A stretch of DNA of 57,378 nt, counting the filler, from Streblomastix strix (Eukaryota), in the NCBI GenBank assembly GCA_008636045.1. It is 2 parts of 2 records of this genome, joined end to end, with 100 filler letters (N's around TTAATTAATTAA, not from the genome) between each part and the next. Parts side by side here need not be neighbours in the genome. Positions count along the whole stretch, not along the records: positions 1 to 28,646 come from SNRW01000117.1; 1 more part is not named here. One strand, given 5' to 3'. A program made the translations under genes and the position numbers. The notes below the pieces were generated by a model. That model did not search any database, was not told the DNA's origin, and saw only the letters and a list, made by a program, of their open reading frames with translations. Shown piece after piece: positions 1-14,838 of this stretch. Position 1 is the first letter of the stretch. Every line of letters starts with the position of its first letter.

Positions 1-1980
1 ACTCTTATTCGGCATATGTATCTTAAACATTCTTAAAGTTTATTTCTTTATTTCCAACCATTTATAAATTTTATTCTCATTTTCATTTTCTTTCTGAGTA
101 GAAACAAAATTTATATGCCCAATACCAGGATGTGGAATTTTATTCACGAATATTGTTGAACTTGGTGTACATTAGAAAGAAACACATAATTTAAGAAATC
201 CATTGACTGAGTATAATAATGAAATTGGAGATAAAGAATTGAACTCCTCAAATTGTAATTAAGAGTTATAATAGAATTTTGATGTTTTCTAAGAAGAAAT
301 TGATAGAAATTCTGATATTATTACAAACTCAAGTGATGAATAGTACGAAGTTAGTGATTATTTATTTAAAGAAAACGAAATATAAACAAAAGATGTTATT
401 GATTCCTTATTTATTATAAATAAAGATCGATCAGTATTTGATAATGATAATAAAACAAACAAACATGATAATGAAAATGGATAAAACGAAGAAGAAATCA
501 ATAATGTAGATTCTCAAATAGTTTCATCATCGAAAAGAACGTTTCTTTGTTCATGGACTGATTGTGAAAAATCATTTTCTTCAGTTTATTTTTATTTTAA
601 TTAACTAATAATTATTTTATTTTATTTTATTTTATTTTATTTTATTTTATATTAATATTAATATTATATTATATTATATTAATATTAATATTAATATTAA
701 TATTAATATTAATATTTTATTTTATTTAGCGATCCAATCTTCGGTAACATGTTCGTTCAGTACATCAAAAACGTCTTCCTTTTCTTTGTCTTTCAATTAA
801 TTGCTTTTTCAGATCCAACACAAAACATGAATTAATCAAACACACGAGAGATAAACATAGTATTTATTCTTTGAAAAGTCAGATGAAAAGAAATCGAAAA
901 AGAAAAGAAAAAATTTCTGAGAAAATTGCCAGCAGTTTAATATCAAATGAAAACAACCCAGAAGGAACAATAAATCATGAATATTCTTCTGATAAATCAG
1001 ATTAAAATCATATAGAAATAAATGGATTAGAAAATAATAGGATGACAAAGTAAAAAAGAAAAAAATAAAACGAAGAGATAAGCTAATAAAATGAAAATTA
1101 AGATTCCGATTAGATTTGTAATCTCAATGATATCTGATTTAGAAATTAATCAGAAATAATTTTGTCTCCATAACAGTATGCAAATACATTCATTCAAAAA
1201 TTGAACAGTCTCTGCAAACAGAATATATATTAAAAGTAGGATATTGAAACAGATTCACCAAGAACAGAAATTTAATAATGTCCTTCAGTTGAAATGCCCA
1301 TTACTGATTAATCTGAAAATTATACTTTTATTGAGTGCGAATGTGGAGGATCGTGGAATGAAATGCCCCCGCCAGCATTTTTAGTTAATTTCCACAAAAT
1401 TAGTCACTCATTTGTATTCAGTATGAATTCTCATTATATGAAGGATATTATTTCTTCATAATCATCATCTTTAGTAAATCAAACAGATATTTCTTCTTCA
1501 TTAATAAATACTCCACTACTTTCTTCATAAAATATAAGTAATAACATTAAAAATATTGATATTAACTTTTTCATTCATATTAGTCCTTAATTTGGAATGG
1601 GTTTAATTGAAGCAGGAAATGATAGATTGGTTCCAAAGAGATAATAAACAACAGTAAAATCACAAATTAAGAGAATAGATGATATTTGTACTTGCGAAAG
1701 AGATTAAGAATAAGATAATATTATCAACCTGAATAAGTTTGAAAATGAAATAGAAAAAGATAATTATTTAATTGACGATTAATTAATAACAAATTCTATA
1801 AATGAGTAAGAATTAGTTTTAAATAATGATTTAATTTAGACTAATAAAGATCTTGAAAGATAAAAAGTGATTGAATCACACTTTTTCCTCTGCCATATTC
1901 TTCCTTTACTAACAAACAATCATAATACAAATGATGAAATGAAATCCAAAGTCAATAAAAGAAAAAGAAGACGCATTTGA
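1..1980 (+). CDS. C2H2 zinc-finger protein, TFIIIA-like fingers (5'-partial, multi-exon)
   Basis: With TAR=Gln: CPIPGC..HQKETH, FLCSWTDCEKSFSS|RSNLRQHVRSVH..PFLCLSINC..HTRDKH. Introns at about 39-100 and 584-729. The frame continues through an in-frame TGA at 1135 to TGA 1978-1980 (next TGA 2077-2079), so the true end is uncertain. Confidence 0.75.
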
Positions 1981-2157
1981 TTGGATGAGCACAATTCTAT
2001 TCATAAGGTTTACTTTACATAATTAAACACTGAGTAATAAACATCACTTATCATGTAATTCTCAACCAATTTTTAATGAATTTTTTGTGATCCAACAATA
2101 TAAAAACTAATTCGTAGTTATTTTAATTGTGAAATAAAGTTTAATTACAAATAAATA

Positions 2158-2680
2158 AATTCATAATGTCAATTTACAAAATAATCAGCCTTGAATTGGT
2201 TCTTCTCGAGATCTCTGACAGAAAATTTCTCGGTCAGGGGCGTGATCGTCCTTCGAACTCGTTTTTCTTGCGCATATACTTTCGTACCTATCACAAATCA
2301 TAAAGCACAACCATTAAATAATACTTTTGAATTATTCCCTGATATTTTTCATGTTTCGCCGCTGTAAAACAAATATTTACTTGCTCATCGTTTTCCTGTG
2401 TTTATAGCCACCTTATGAAGTATTGGAGTTATTATTTCAATTATATTATAATAATATAATTTATTAATTTCTATCAATATTTATTTATTTCATTTCAACT
2501 TCCGATTTCACACTTTTTATTTTTTTATTTTGTTTTTCATTTCTGCTCTGAGCAATACATATGATTAATTCCAATTATGTATTTTTTTATCCTCCGGCAC
2601 ATTCATATTATTTATTTTATAATTCAATGTTTTATTCCTTCTATTCATCATTTCTCATCATTAAATAATTCTCATTACTT
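2158..2680 (+). repeat. Intergenic cassette A, copy 1 (upstream of RPS16)
   Basis: Near-identical reverse complement of 4853-5423 and 22905-23473. Core CTGACAGAAAATTTCTCGGTCAGGGGCGTGATCGTCCTTCGAACTCG. Confidence 0.92.
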
Positions 2681-2870
2681 TATGGCTTTAAATACCATTT
2701 ATAATACAAATTTTTATTTATTTTGTATTATATTAACTATGCAATAGTATTTTTCAAACTTTACACTCAGATTTTAGATTTACTTATAATTTGATAATCT
2801 ATTTTTAAAGAAATTAAATATAAAATTTTAAATAATAATGTAATTTTATTGTTTTAATTATAGATTGTAG

Positions 2871-3434
2871 ATGCCAAAGTCTCTCAGCCGCCAGGAAGTG
2901 TATGTGCATGGTCGGAAGGTATGATAGACACATAATCAATAAAGTAATAACATTTTAATTATTTTCTCATTTAATTATTAATGATAAGAAAACTGCAGTG
3001 GCAGTTGCACGTGTAACGAAAGGTGTTGGGTTAATAAAACTGAATGGTTGCCCTATTGAACTAATAGAACCACAGATTCTCAGATATAAAGTATTCGAGC
3101 CATTGTTGTTACTTGGAAAGGAAAAATTCTCAAAAGTCGACATCCGTTTGAGATGCAATGGAGGAGGTTATGTTTCATAGATATATGCAATAAGGCAGGC
3201 CATAGCTAAGGGTCTTGTAGCTTATTTCCAGAAATGTATGAATAATACTTATTATTATTATCTAGTAATGACTGAAATATAAAATCAGATGTGGATGAAG
3301 TATAAAAGAAGGAAATCAAGAATGTGATAATCAAATATGATCGTTCACTTCTTGTTGCTGATCCAAGACGATGCGAGGCCAAACAATACGGTGGAAAAGG
3401 AGCTCGTTCAAAGCGCGCAAAGTCTTATCGTTGA
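2871..3434 (+). CDS. RPS16: 40S ribosomal protein S16 (uS9), 3 exons
   Basis: Exons 2871-2918, 2989-3235, 3289-3434. [16 protein letters not shown][TAG=Q][45 protein letters not shown] stop. Confidence 0.97.
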
Positions 3435-3615
3435 AGGGACTAATTATTCATTTACACTTTCGAGGGACGAAATTGGCAAAATAAATTCACGTACACGTTG
3501 CATAATTTTATAATAAACAAATAGCACGAGTCCAAATATAAATGTAATGATTTACTCCATGATTATCTTCATATTCCTATTTCCCAACTCTTCAATATCC
3601 CAATAGTCTTGATCT

Positions 3616-4737
3616 TCATTTAGGATATCCACCTCTGCGTTGTGAACCTCGTGCAAAATCCATCATTCCACCTGGCCTGTGCTATTTATGATCATCATCT
3701 GAGACTAATTATGTTTGTAAATGAATAATAAATAAGGTAATAGTAAATAATAAATAAGGTAATAGTAAATAATGAATTGTAGTCATACAATTATCCTTCA
3801 TCTTACTGAGATCTCCATCAAACTTCTCAAATTTCTTTCTTACTTACTCCATTTAATTAAGAGTCATAATAAGTGCTGCTAGAGATGCAGATGTTGATGC
3901 ATCACTGAATTCATGGAGAAAAGTGGAGCTTAGAATTGATGATTGTTATCTACGTTGTAATTCAACCTAACTCTACTTAACTCTTTAATCAGCTGTTGTT
4001 GCTTTAGTTACATCAATCAGATCAGGTAATCTCCTTCCAAGTAAAGCAATAGCTGTATCAATCATACGAATAATCTATCTATTTGATTTATATCTCTAAG
4101 ATCCTTACTAAGATGATGATTAGATATTTGAAGATGATGTTTCTGAATGTATGTATGTGAGTATGGCTATTATACTTTCACTCAGTTTCTCCAATAACTG
4201 CGTCAATGATCCTAAATTTGTTTCATATTGATTGGTTACTCTAAGTTCTTTTTCACTTGAAGGCTTAACAATCTCATTCAAAGCAATTCTTTCTGCTTCA
4301 CTTGCTTCTGTCTTGAAATGAAGAATGGAGAAATTATCATCTACAAGTTCATATAGAGTGAAAGTTCTCTCATCATCTGTATTCCCTGGTTTAAATGCAA
4401 GAAATAAAAGACTCTTTCCAGTTGCTGTACGTAATTAATTATGAAGCATAATTTCACGCTGACCATGTTAATCACAGACACAATACCATCCTACTATACT
4501 GTAATCAGGAAATACTTCTTTGATCTATTCCGCTCTGGCTTTAAGAGTTTCCACATCTACTCTCCCATCTTTGAAGATTATCTCAAATCCAGTCTGAATA
4601 TCAAGGTGAGTGCCTATCTATGAGCCCATGAGTCCACCTACAACTATTTCTTAAGTAGAATCGGCAGAACGAAGAAGTGCACGCGCATAATGATCGCTTA
4701 TTCCAAGCACAGCTAATGGATGCACAAAACAATCCAT
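3616..4737 (-). CDS. CSN6: COP9 signalosome subunit 6 (MPN domain)
   Basis: HPLAVLGISDHYAR, VVGGLMGSQIG, EQIKEVFPDYSIVGWY, EASEAERIAL. One intron near 3706-3788. Confidence 0.8.
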
Positions 4738-4852
4738 TTGATGTTTCTACAATAAATAAAAATCATATGTTAAGTTCAAAAATTGATATAATATAATTAA
4801 TATAGCACAAAATAAATAAATAAAAGTATTATTAATAATTAATGGAAGCTAA

Positions 4853-5423
4853 AAAGCAATGAGAATGAATTTATGATGAGAAATGTTAGATAGAAGGAAT
4901 AAAGCTATGAATAATAAAATCAATGATATAAATATGCCGGAAATTGAAAAATTGTATAATTGGAATTAATCATATGTATTGCTCAGAGCAGAAATGAAAA
5001 ACAAAATAAAAAAATAAAAAGTGTGAAATCGGGAGTTGAATTGAAATAAATAAATATTGATAGAAATTAATAAATTATATTATTATAATATAATTGAAAT
5101 AATAACTCCAATACTTCATAAGGTCTCTATAAACACAGGAAAACGATGAGCAAGTAAATATTTGTTTTACTGCGGTGAAACATGCAAAATATCAGGGAAT
5201 AATTCAAAAATATTATTTAATGGTTGTGCTTTATGATTTGTGATAGGTACGAAAGTATATGCGCAAGAAAAACGAGTTCGAAGGACGATCACGCCCCTGA
5301 CCGAGAAATTTTCTGTCAGAGATCTCGAGAAGAACCAATTCGAGGCTGGATAATTTGTAAATTGTCTTAACGAATTATTAATAATTTAATAATTATAACT
5401 ATTTTTATTTAAGTTAGTTATTA
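4853..5423 (-). repeat. Intergenic cassette A, copy 2 (upstream of CSN6, divergent from acylphosphatase)
   Basis: Direct near-identity with 22905-23473, inverted relative to 2158-2680. Confidence 0.92.
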
Positions 5424-5466
5424 TTGTTTTGATTTTTAATTCAGAAGTAGTCATTTCATTATAAAA

Positions 5467-6008
5467 ATGGAAACTCATACATATCATATTCGAGGAAAAG
5501 TCTAAAATGTTATGTTTAGATAGACACTAATTCGTGCAGCTTTGAATAGAGGGCTACGAGGAGGTTTTAATTTTTTTTTTAAAAACTTTATTATCATTAT
5601 ATTCAGGAGCAACAAATGAGAAACCTGATAAACATTTGGTTTCATTAACATTGAGTGGATAAAAGGTATTTATTAAATTATTAATTTTATATTATTTTTT
5701 TTCAATTCAGAATAAAATAGATGAAATTATTAATTTTCTTAAATCAGGATAGAGTCTAAATAGGTTTCTTCTTCTTTTTTTATTTTAAATTTTCTATATT
5801 ATTTATTACTCAGTTGGCATGCGCAAGCTCAATCTGTGAATGAACTTCCAAACGTTATTCCTATTGAGCAGCACCAAGTAACAACTGGTATGAATTAGTT
5901 TTATTTACATTTTATTTATTCATTAATATATAACTCTGATTTGAAATATTAATAGATAATGTGGATTAATTTCATTGGAATCCTTCAGTGCAATTCTATT
6001 TGAACTGA
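5467..6008 (+). CDS. Acylphosphatase-family protein, 5 exons
   Basis: IRGKV[TAA=Q]NVMFRQTLIRAA..GGATN matches the acylphosphatase GxVQGVxFR loop. Four short GT-AG introns. Confidence 0.75.
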
Positions 6009-6105
6009 TTTAATATTAATATTAAATAAATAATAAATAATATATATTTTATTAGGAAATCTTTTTTGAATATCTTTTGTGAGTGTTGTGAGTAAATATG
6101 AATAT

Positions 6106-7845
6106 TCAATTTATCCATTTCACTTCAATTGAACCAGGAAGTTTATTGGCAACTGTTGGAGCTGTCAATTTTCTAAGAGAGAGAACAGTTACTTAATCCC
6201 CTTCATGATAAATATGAAACTATTCCAGAAAAAAGAGTTATTTAATATTACAAAATAACTTAAGAAATAGATTGCAAACATAGAATTATATTGATTTTGG
6301 CAGTTGACTGATAAAAACTTGTTACTGAATTCCATTGACAAATAGATAAGCTGTTCTCATGTTTGAATTCATATTAACTTCAATCGATATCAAATCATTT
6401 CCTTTCATTTCTTAATTTCCTTCAGTCGATTTTCCGTTTTAATAAACATTGCCACTATTTATCAATATAAAAAATAGAAATAATTAGTTAAAGAGAATAA
6501 TTCAAAAGTAATTCACAAACTCGGTATAAAAGAAAGCATTATTCTTATTATCTATAAAAAATAAACGTGAATTTAGATAAATAAAAACAAAAGAATTATT
6601 TAAATGTTTTCATACAAGAAGGATTTCCAGGGAATATTCCAAATGGAATAATCAATTCAGATTTTATAATACCAATGCCTACAACAATAACAATAATATA
6701 TAAATATAATAAATAAGTTGAAATATTATTTGACAAACAAGGATAAATTACTTAATTTAGTTTAATCTCGCATTTGTATATGCCTTAACTGATAATTGGA
6801 AGAATTGAGAATATTTTGCATTAATCCCGTGTTGAAATATATGTTTATTCATCATCTTTCTTAATATATGATCCAGCAGGAGATGCAATCGAAAAGGGGA
6901 TTTGACTTGCATTTTCTCTGGCATTTCTAACAATTTCTTCCAATTCTGCAATCTTCCTGCTTTTATCCGCATCTTTAATCTCTAAATCTGATATTTTCGA
7001 CTTTTGAATTTCGATTTCTCTAAACAACGAAGCACATTTTCTCATTTGGTTTTCAATCTCAATTTCTTTTTCTTTGTTTTCATCTTCTAATTATGTTATA
7101 TTTCTTGCTTCTGGTAATCCATGTACTCCTTAACTCGATAGAATAGTTAAAATCAATTTTGCTTTCTAATAAATTTCTTTTTTTCCTTCTTCATCTTCCT
7201 CATATTCTACTTCTTCTTCTTCTTCTTCTTCTTCAATTATTTATTTTAGTAATGAAACAAATCTACCCATTTCTATTGGATTTGCTCCATTGAATAATAA
7301 TTGATGAATAAGATCAAGAAGATTAGATTTTTCATAGATTGGAGTTTTTATATCAATCAATATATTCAGAATAAAATCTAAATATCCATTTTTCATTATT
7401 ATACTTTTCATTCTTGCATTTCTACTCATTAATTTGATAAGTGCATTAGAAGCAGCAATCGAAATATCTATTTTGGCAGAAAGAAGAGCAAATAGATGTG
7501 AAATGAAAAGATATGATAAGATTTCTTCATTATTTGATTCTAATAGTAAATATAAAGTAGAATAAAAAGTAGATAAATGAAAATATAGTAATAAATAATT
7601 TTCAATAATACCACGAAGTGAAATTGACCCAAGTTTTTATACTGCATTTGCCTAGTGAAATTTATTGTCTAATAAAAATTAGTTGGTAATAAAGTCTATT
7701 TCTTCAATCTAAATAAAAAATTAAAGAAATTAAATATTAATAATAAATAAATAAATCAAAATTTCAATACATTTTCGTTTTCATTTTCATCTTCTAAATG
7801 CAGTAAATCAAGAGGATTCAATGAATTTTCAGCTTATTTTTACAT
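6106..7845 (-). CDS. ARM-like/coiled-coil protein with C-terminal SPRY/B30.2-like domain (multi-exon)
   Basis: Spliced reading gives ..GIYKCEIK..GIGIIKS..GNQEMKGNDLISIEVNMNSNMRTAYLFVNGIQQQVFISQLPKSIQFY..EVKWIN*. Start approximate. Confidence 0.65.
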
Positions 7846-7931
7846 TGAAATTTACTATTATTTAATTAAATGCTGTATTGAAATAATAAAAAAATAAATA
7901 GATTTTATTTTTGGAAAAAAGAAACGAAATT

Positions 7932-8996
7932 AAATAATTATTTTAAATATTAGATAAAATAATGATTTAATCATAAAAATAATTTTGAATTATGAGTGAT
8001 TAATTAAAGAAAAAGAATATATCTATAAAATAATTATGAATAATTTATTGGAATAATAAAAGAAATTGAAATTGTTCGAATATTTGTAAATAAGAAAATT
8101 TGTTTTGTATTTTGTTCAATGCTACAAGATATTTTTTTGGATTTATGAAATTTTTATAATTATCATATATATTTGGTTAAATTATAAGCATTTCTATTAT
8201 ATTTCAAAGTGAAAATTAAATTAAGAACGAGAAATTGGAGATTGAAAGCAAAATTGAAAATATCATGCTTAGAAACTTTAAATATATTAAATAATTGTTG
8301 AAAGTTGTACAATATAAAGAATCTTTATTTGAGAAATAAAACTGGAATTATTTTGAGATTTGGTTCGTGTGGAATTAAGAAATTAATTTCAAGATTGGTA
8401 ATAGGTCAAAATAATGTATTGGACTCATTTTTCAGGATAGGCATGCATTTAATTGAATACTTTTGCAAATTCAAAATAATGAATAATTATATGGAAAGAA
8501 GATTGAATTACAAAGCAGAAATCCTCATTATTGGTAACTGATTAATATTATCTATCCAATTAAATACCAAAAACATACATTTAAAATGGATGTAATACAA
8601 ATTCATTGATTAACTCACCATATATTGCAATAATGTAAAATTGCGAATTCTCTCTCGATAATAACTTTCTTACTTATTCAAACTGAAATTTATAACGCAT
8701 TTTAATCTTTTAATTTAATATGCTTTCAAAAGACAAAATTGTGAGATTATCACCCTAAAATGAAGCTTAAATTTATTTTTCGCTATAAATGCATATTTCA
8801 TCTGTTCCTATTTGTTTGACAATAAATAACATATTTAGATATGAAATAAATCTTTAATTAGACATATTTTAATTATTTATGTTTAAATTTATTTCTTAAA
8901 TACATTTTATGAAACAATAATAACTAAAATTAATAATTAACTATATATTTGTATTTGCATCTTATCTAATCAATTTATTTTTATATATTTTTTTCT
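7932..8996 (+). repeat. Intergenic cassette B, copy 1 (fills the divergent SPRY / CWF19L2 spacer)
   Basis: About 1.06 kb, colinear and highly similar to 24602-25672. Confidence 0.93.
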
Positions 8997-9023
8997 TTTT
9001 AACTAAATTTTCATTAGATCTTG

Positions 9024-11573
9024 ATGTTCGAAATAGGCGAAGATATTTTCTAAAATATATTTTCTTTAAAAAAGCCTGAAAAGATTGTCTAAACTCCTAA
9101 AGATGATGATGTTTGCGATTAATTTTGATTATTATTTATTTATAATACCATTATTTTAGGAGGATATTATTCTTTCGCGAGAATTGAATCTTGATTTTAA
9201 AGCTCGTGCTTAAATACGAAGTTTATTATTTTGCCATTTTTCATTTATATTATTTTACTAATTTTTTCAGAGCGTGAATCTGAAACTATCGCAGATTCAG
9301 ATAAAGAAATTGCTGGGAATAAAAGAAGGAGATTAAATGACGATGAAGATTCTTAACTTATGAAAACTTTTGAGGACAAAATATAAAATAAGAAAATTAA
9401 GAATTCTTCTGATGAATCTGAGAAACAATAATCATAAAAGATTAATAATGATTCTTCACATAAACATCATCATCATCATCATCATGAGAAAGACTTAAAT
9501 AAAGAAGATAAATTTAAATCATAATAAATTTTAACATCAATAAATTAATCTATACCTTCATCTGAAATGGCTTAATTACCTAAATAGGATGAGTAATTAA
9601 AGTCAATTTCTGTTCCATTACAAGATGCTAATAAGAATTATGCTGCACTACTTCGATCTCAATTATAAAAACCAACTGTTTAAAAATAGATTTAAAATAA
9701 CTCATCATCTTCAATGATGCAGAATTTCAATCTTAACTTTCCAATGTAAGATAATTAATACAATATGTAAAACAAGAAGATGAATTACAATCCTTCATCT
9801 TATCTTAGACCTGAGACACAAGCTCGTTTATCTAAGACAGACTAATTAGAAGAAGAATAAATACTTGAAAATAGAATAAGCTCATAAAGTAATGATGGTA
9901 AGAGAATAGCAATAATGCCATAACTTGACTATAGAGGAATGCCAATCAAAGCTCCATAATAACTATAACCTCATTAATCAACATATTCAACATAATTCCA
10001 TAATTAATAATCAACTGATCTTGCATTAATAGAAAGATTAGGAAGAGGTTCATATGGAGAAGGTCATTTAATTGGAATGGGAAGAATCAAAGAAGATGAT
10101 GAGAGCTATGACACCCAAGGATCTACATATGGTTAGTGGGGGAATGGAGATGATCTAGATCTGAATACAGATGAATAAGACAATGAAAATGAATTTGGGA
10201 TAAGTGTAGGAGTGGATAAATAGAATATTAGGAGAAATAAGGGGAAAATAAAAGATAAGAAGAGGGAATAAAACAAAGAAAAGAAAATGAAGAAATCTCA
10301 AATAGGATTAAATGAAGAATAAGATAATAATGAATCAAATGAAAAGTATAAATAGAATAATGAGATTAAACTTGCCAGATAAGGTTTAATTATTCTTGGT
10401 TTAGTTTATTATATTTATAATTCTATATAATATTTATCTTATTATAATTCTTAGTTCATAAAATGGATGAATTAATAGACTCAAATTGTTATTTATGCTC
10501 TGATTCTTAATACTTTAGAAGAGATCTTGTAATTGCATTAGGTAATTATGCATATCTTGCTCTTCCTGGAAAAGATAAGCTTGTAGATGGTGTAAATTAA
10601 TGTAATAATATTTATTTTCGATATACTAATATTTCTCTTTATCTTTATTTAGGTCACTGCATCATTAGTCCAATTACTCATTTCAATTCTTCATTATAAT
10701 CTGATTAAGAATGTTAATCAGAAATTGAGAAGTTTAAATCTTCAATTAGAAACCTTTTTAGAAATTGGGGCTAACGTGAATGTCTATTTATGGAATGTTG
10801 TGTTAACACGTCATCAAATATGCCAACATCTTTCAATCAATCTAAGACATAATAATAAATAAGATCAGCAATTTCTATGAATCATTGTGTAATTGATTGT
10901 ATTCCAATAGATCCTTCATTCTCTAAACAAGCTCCAGCATATTACAAGAAAGAACTTTCAGAAGCTGAATCTGATTGGACTGATAATAAATCTATTATTA
11001 ATATACCCAAAGGGAAACTATTAAGGAATTGCAGTATGATTTGGATTGAAATGAATTGTAAATGTAAATGTAACAAAAAATATTTTATTATTTCATATTA
11101 TTTTATAATTAATTTTTTGTATTATTTTATTAACTACAGTTCCAAAATAACTTCCATTCTTTCATGTAGAATTTGCAGATGGAACTGGATATGGTCATAT
11201 TATTGAAGATAAGTATAAAATTCGTAGAGATTTTGGAAAAGAAATTTTGATTGGAGCTATGAATCTCACACAAGGAACAAAAAAAAAACTTTATTCTGCA
11301 TAACAAATAAATATAGAAGATAATTTTGATTAAGAAAATGATTTGAATACAATCATTGGAAAACCCTCTAAATCTTAACAACAATATTAATCTTCTAAAA
11401 TATATACCCAAGATGATGTAAAAGAATTTATCAGAAGATTTAAACCTTTTGACTGGACAACAACTTTAGATGATTAAACAACATAAAATCACACACCTTC
11501 AAATTAATATCTTTAACATTCAGTCGTACTCAGTAATAGATTTTCTTAAGCTTCATCTAAAAAATATGAGTGA
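9024..11573 (+). CDS. CWF19L2: CWF19-like protein 2 (CwfJ C-terminal domains), multi-exon
   Basis: CYLC..IALGNYAYLALP..GHCIISPITH, HCVIDCIP..APAYYKKELSEAESDW, LPFFHVEF..GYGHIIED..FGKEIL, FKPFDWT. Confidence 0.85.
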
Positions 11574-12185
11574 AAAGTAATACATTTTTATTTATATTTG
11601 ATTATATTTTATGAATGTAAGTAATGTACTTTTTTATATAATTAAATAAAAATAGGCTCTAAATAATATATCAAGATCAATTTATTCTGACTTAGAATTA
11701 TTTTTTTTTCCATAAAATTGTATTTTAATCACTGTTTATAATTGGAGATTGACCATGGATAATTTTTTAAAAAGTTTTATTTTAATTCTTATAACTATCT
11801 ACTATTTTTAAAACTATTTTAATTTTATTTATAAATATTAAAATATAAAAATATATATTATTTATCATTTTAGGCTCAAATTGATAAAAACAATTATTTT
11901 TGATTTTAAACACTGTTTTTTTGTATCAATGAAGATATTTAACTTGTTTTTATTATTTTTTCATAAATTACAATTCGTATTTTTGATAGTTTTGTATAAT
12001 TTTTAAACAATTAAATTTAAATCAGCAATACATTTATTTTTATCACAAATTTTACGCAATTATTACTATATTTTTATTTATTTTTTATTTTTAACCAAAT
12101 TTCATTATAAAACTTAAATTTTTTATACTAATTTTACAAAATTATTATTGCTTATATCAATATTTTAGATCATTTTTTATAGTTT

Positions 12186-14807
12186 ATGACAAGGATCTTT
12201 CAATGTTTTGCTCTTATTGGCTTCAAGTATGAGAGATCACTGAAAGCAACTGTAATTTATGAGTATTTGATTGAATTATATAATTTAATACTTACTTCTT
12301 TCATTCTAGTTATAGAGAGTTAGATTTCTTATACCCTGACCACTTTTTAAAGACATGCGTTGAAGATTACTCTTTCAAAACAACAAATTTAATATGGTAA
12401 GTTTATTTCCTTTAAAATTAATTTTTAATGTCAATTTAATAACAGAGCATTATCCGTTATACCAATGCCTGGTAGGAAGACAATTTTATACAAACTCTGC
12501 TTCCTTTCTCCAAATTCTAAAATTCCTCGATATCCACTTTGTTTTTGTTTTGTATCAGAATTGTCTGCGTTTATTTTTATTTTCTGCTCAAAAATGTTGG
12601 TATTTAAATGATTTATTTTCATTAGAATATGGTATAAAATGTTTGATAACACCTGCACATTACTTTACAACAAATTCTGTTAGAATATAAAGACATTATA
12701 TCCATCTAATTCATAACTAAATAATCTTCCAATTAATTGTAATCTTATTTTTTCTTAATTTTTAGATGATCTTGTATGTCAAGTTTAATATTATTTACTC
12801 GTTTAATTTATCTTCTTATTTATTTTTAATTCATATCAATGCTTTTTCAGTATAATACTCCTGTACCTCCAATTGAAATAGATAACAATGAATAAATTGA
12901 ATAAGACAATAATGAAGATGAATATAATGAAGATGAAAATAACAGCATATAATAGAAAGACAATAATCATCTTAGATAATCATCTTAAAGTCAATCAACA
13001 TTCACATCATCATCTTCTTCATCCTCTTCATCTTTTTCTTCTTCATCCTCTTCATCATCATCAGCATCTGGATCATCTTCTTCATCATCTCAATATTCAA
13101 AGACTTCATAATAATCTTTGGTTTAATAAAATCATTAATCATAAAATAAAACAAACTAAAATCCAGTTTTAAATTCTTCTAAGGAAAAAGATAAGAAAGA
13201 GGATTAAAGTAAATCTATTCATATATCAAATTAGTAAAGCAAAATAAACAAATATTAAAATATAGAAAATGGGAAATTAAAAGATAATAAAGGAAATATA
13301 AGAAAAGAATCAATCATAAATATAGAAAATAGTTCAGTGAAAGAAAAGGATTAAAAATATGAATTGTTAATTGATTAATAGTTATGAAACAATAATAATG
13401 AAAAGAATATTAATACAGATGATAAAATTATGTAAGTTAGTTTTGATGATGAAAATGGAAATATCAGTAAATAAATTAATAAAATAAATAAAACAAAATC
13501 AGAATTATTACAAAATCAATTGAAAAGCATTGAACAACAACACCAATAATAATAACAATAGTTATAATAATAACAATAGTTATAATAATAACAACAGCAA
13601 TAATAATAATAAATTTAATAACAATAAATTTAATAATAATAACAATAATAATCTATAAGTTTCCCTAAATTAAATATTTAAGAGCTTTCTTAACTTCATT
13701 AAACTAGAAGTGTAGAACTAAGAAAACATATCAATTATGGTGCCTTGGATAATATAAGAAGAATTGAACTTGATTTTTAAAACTAAAAACGAAAAGAATA
13801 AAAACATCATCATCATCAAAATAATACTTCACATTCAAATCATAACAAATAATCACAAATTTCTTAACAAATAAAAATAATAAACAATTTATAATATGAT
13901 TAAGAAAAATATGAAAAAGAAAAGCATTTAGTTAAATAGTCAGAATAAGAAAAGTAAAAAGTAGATAATAGCTAAATTGGAGAAATAACTAAGGATAATA
14001 AGAATATTAATGAATATTAAAATTAAATTTCTGATAGTTAATTAGTATAAAATAGTATTGATAGAAATGAAAATGAAGAATAAAATGATGTATAAGAATA
14101 ATCATCAGATGATAAAGAATAATATAATGTAATTCATTCAGAAGATAGATCATTAAATTAGAAAACTGATATTAAAGGGAAAATAATACAAAATTACAAT
14201 AATAAAGAGAATGACAAAACTTCAGATCATTAAACTTCGCATTAATCAAATTATTCATCAGAAAAAGAGAAAATTTAGCGTATTAACATTCAGTATTAAT
14301 AATAACCTTCATATTCACCAATTCAAACTCCTCACAGTGAAGATACATCAAATAAATATAATTAAAATTAGACAAATTAATTTGACATAGAGGTTGATAT
14401 TTCAAAAGAAAATGAATTATATAATCAGAATGAAGTGGATAAATAAATGTTAGTAAGTCCAACGTAGCTGTTTCCAATTATTTAATATGACTAATCTATT
14501 TAATAACAGATATTAATCCCCACAGCAGATTCATTGACTCTTAATATTCCAAATATTTCTGTATAATCTTCACAATCTTCTTCAAAAATGTCTTAATTCT
14601 TCTTACCATATTCATATTCTCCAACATCTCCTTAATCTTATTAATCTCAATAAAATAATTAATAGGATAAAGAAATTAATTCATAAATGATGAAGTAAAT
14701 AGAACTTATTTAATACTCCCCATGTCAATAATAAAATGACATATCATAAATTGAATTAAATTCACCAATATAACCTTAATAATAATCTTCATTAACTCTT
14801 CCTACAC

Positions 14808-14838
<31 letters not shown>

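Noticed and set aside
595..725. (TTTTA)n and (TATTAA)n tracts
   Set aside because: Ordinary intronic microsatellites.
5270..5300. GAGTTCGAAGGAC as a Pol III B-box, making cassette A a tRNA or SINE
   Set aside because: Imperfect B-box, and no A-box, cloverleaf, tail or TSD could be identified by eye.
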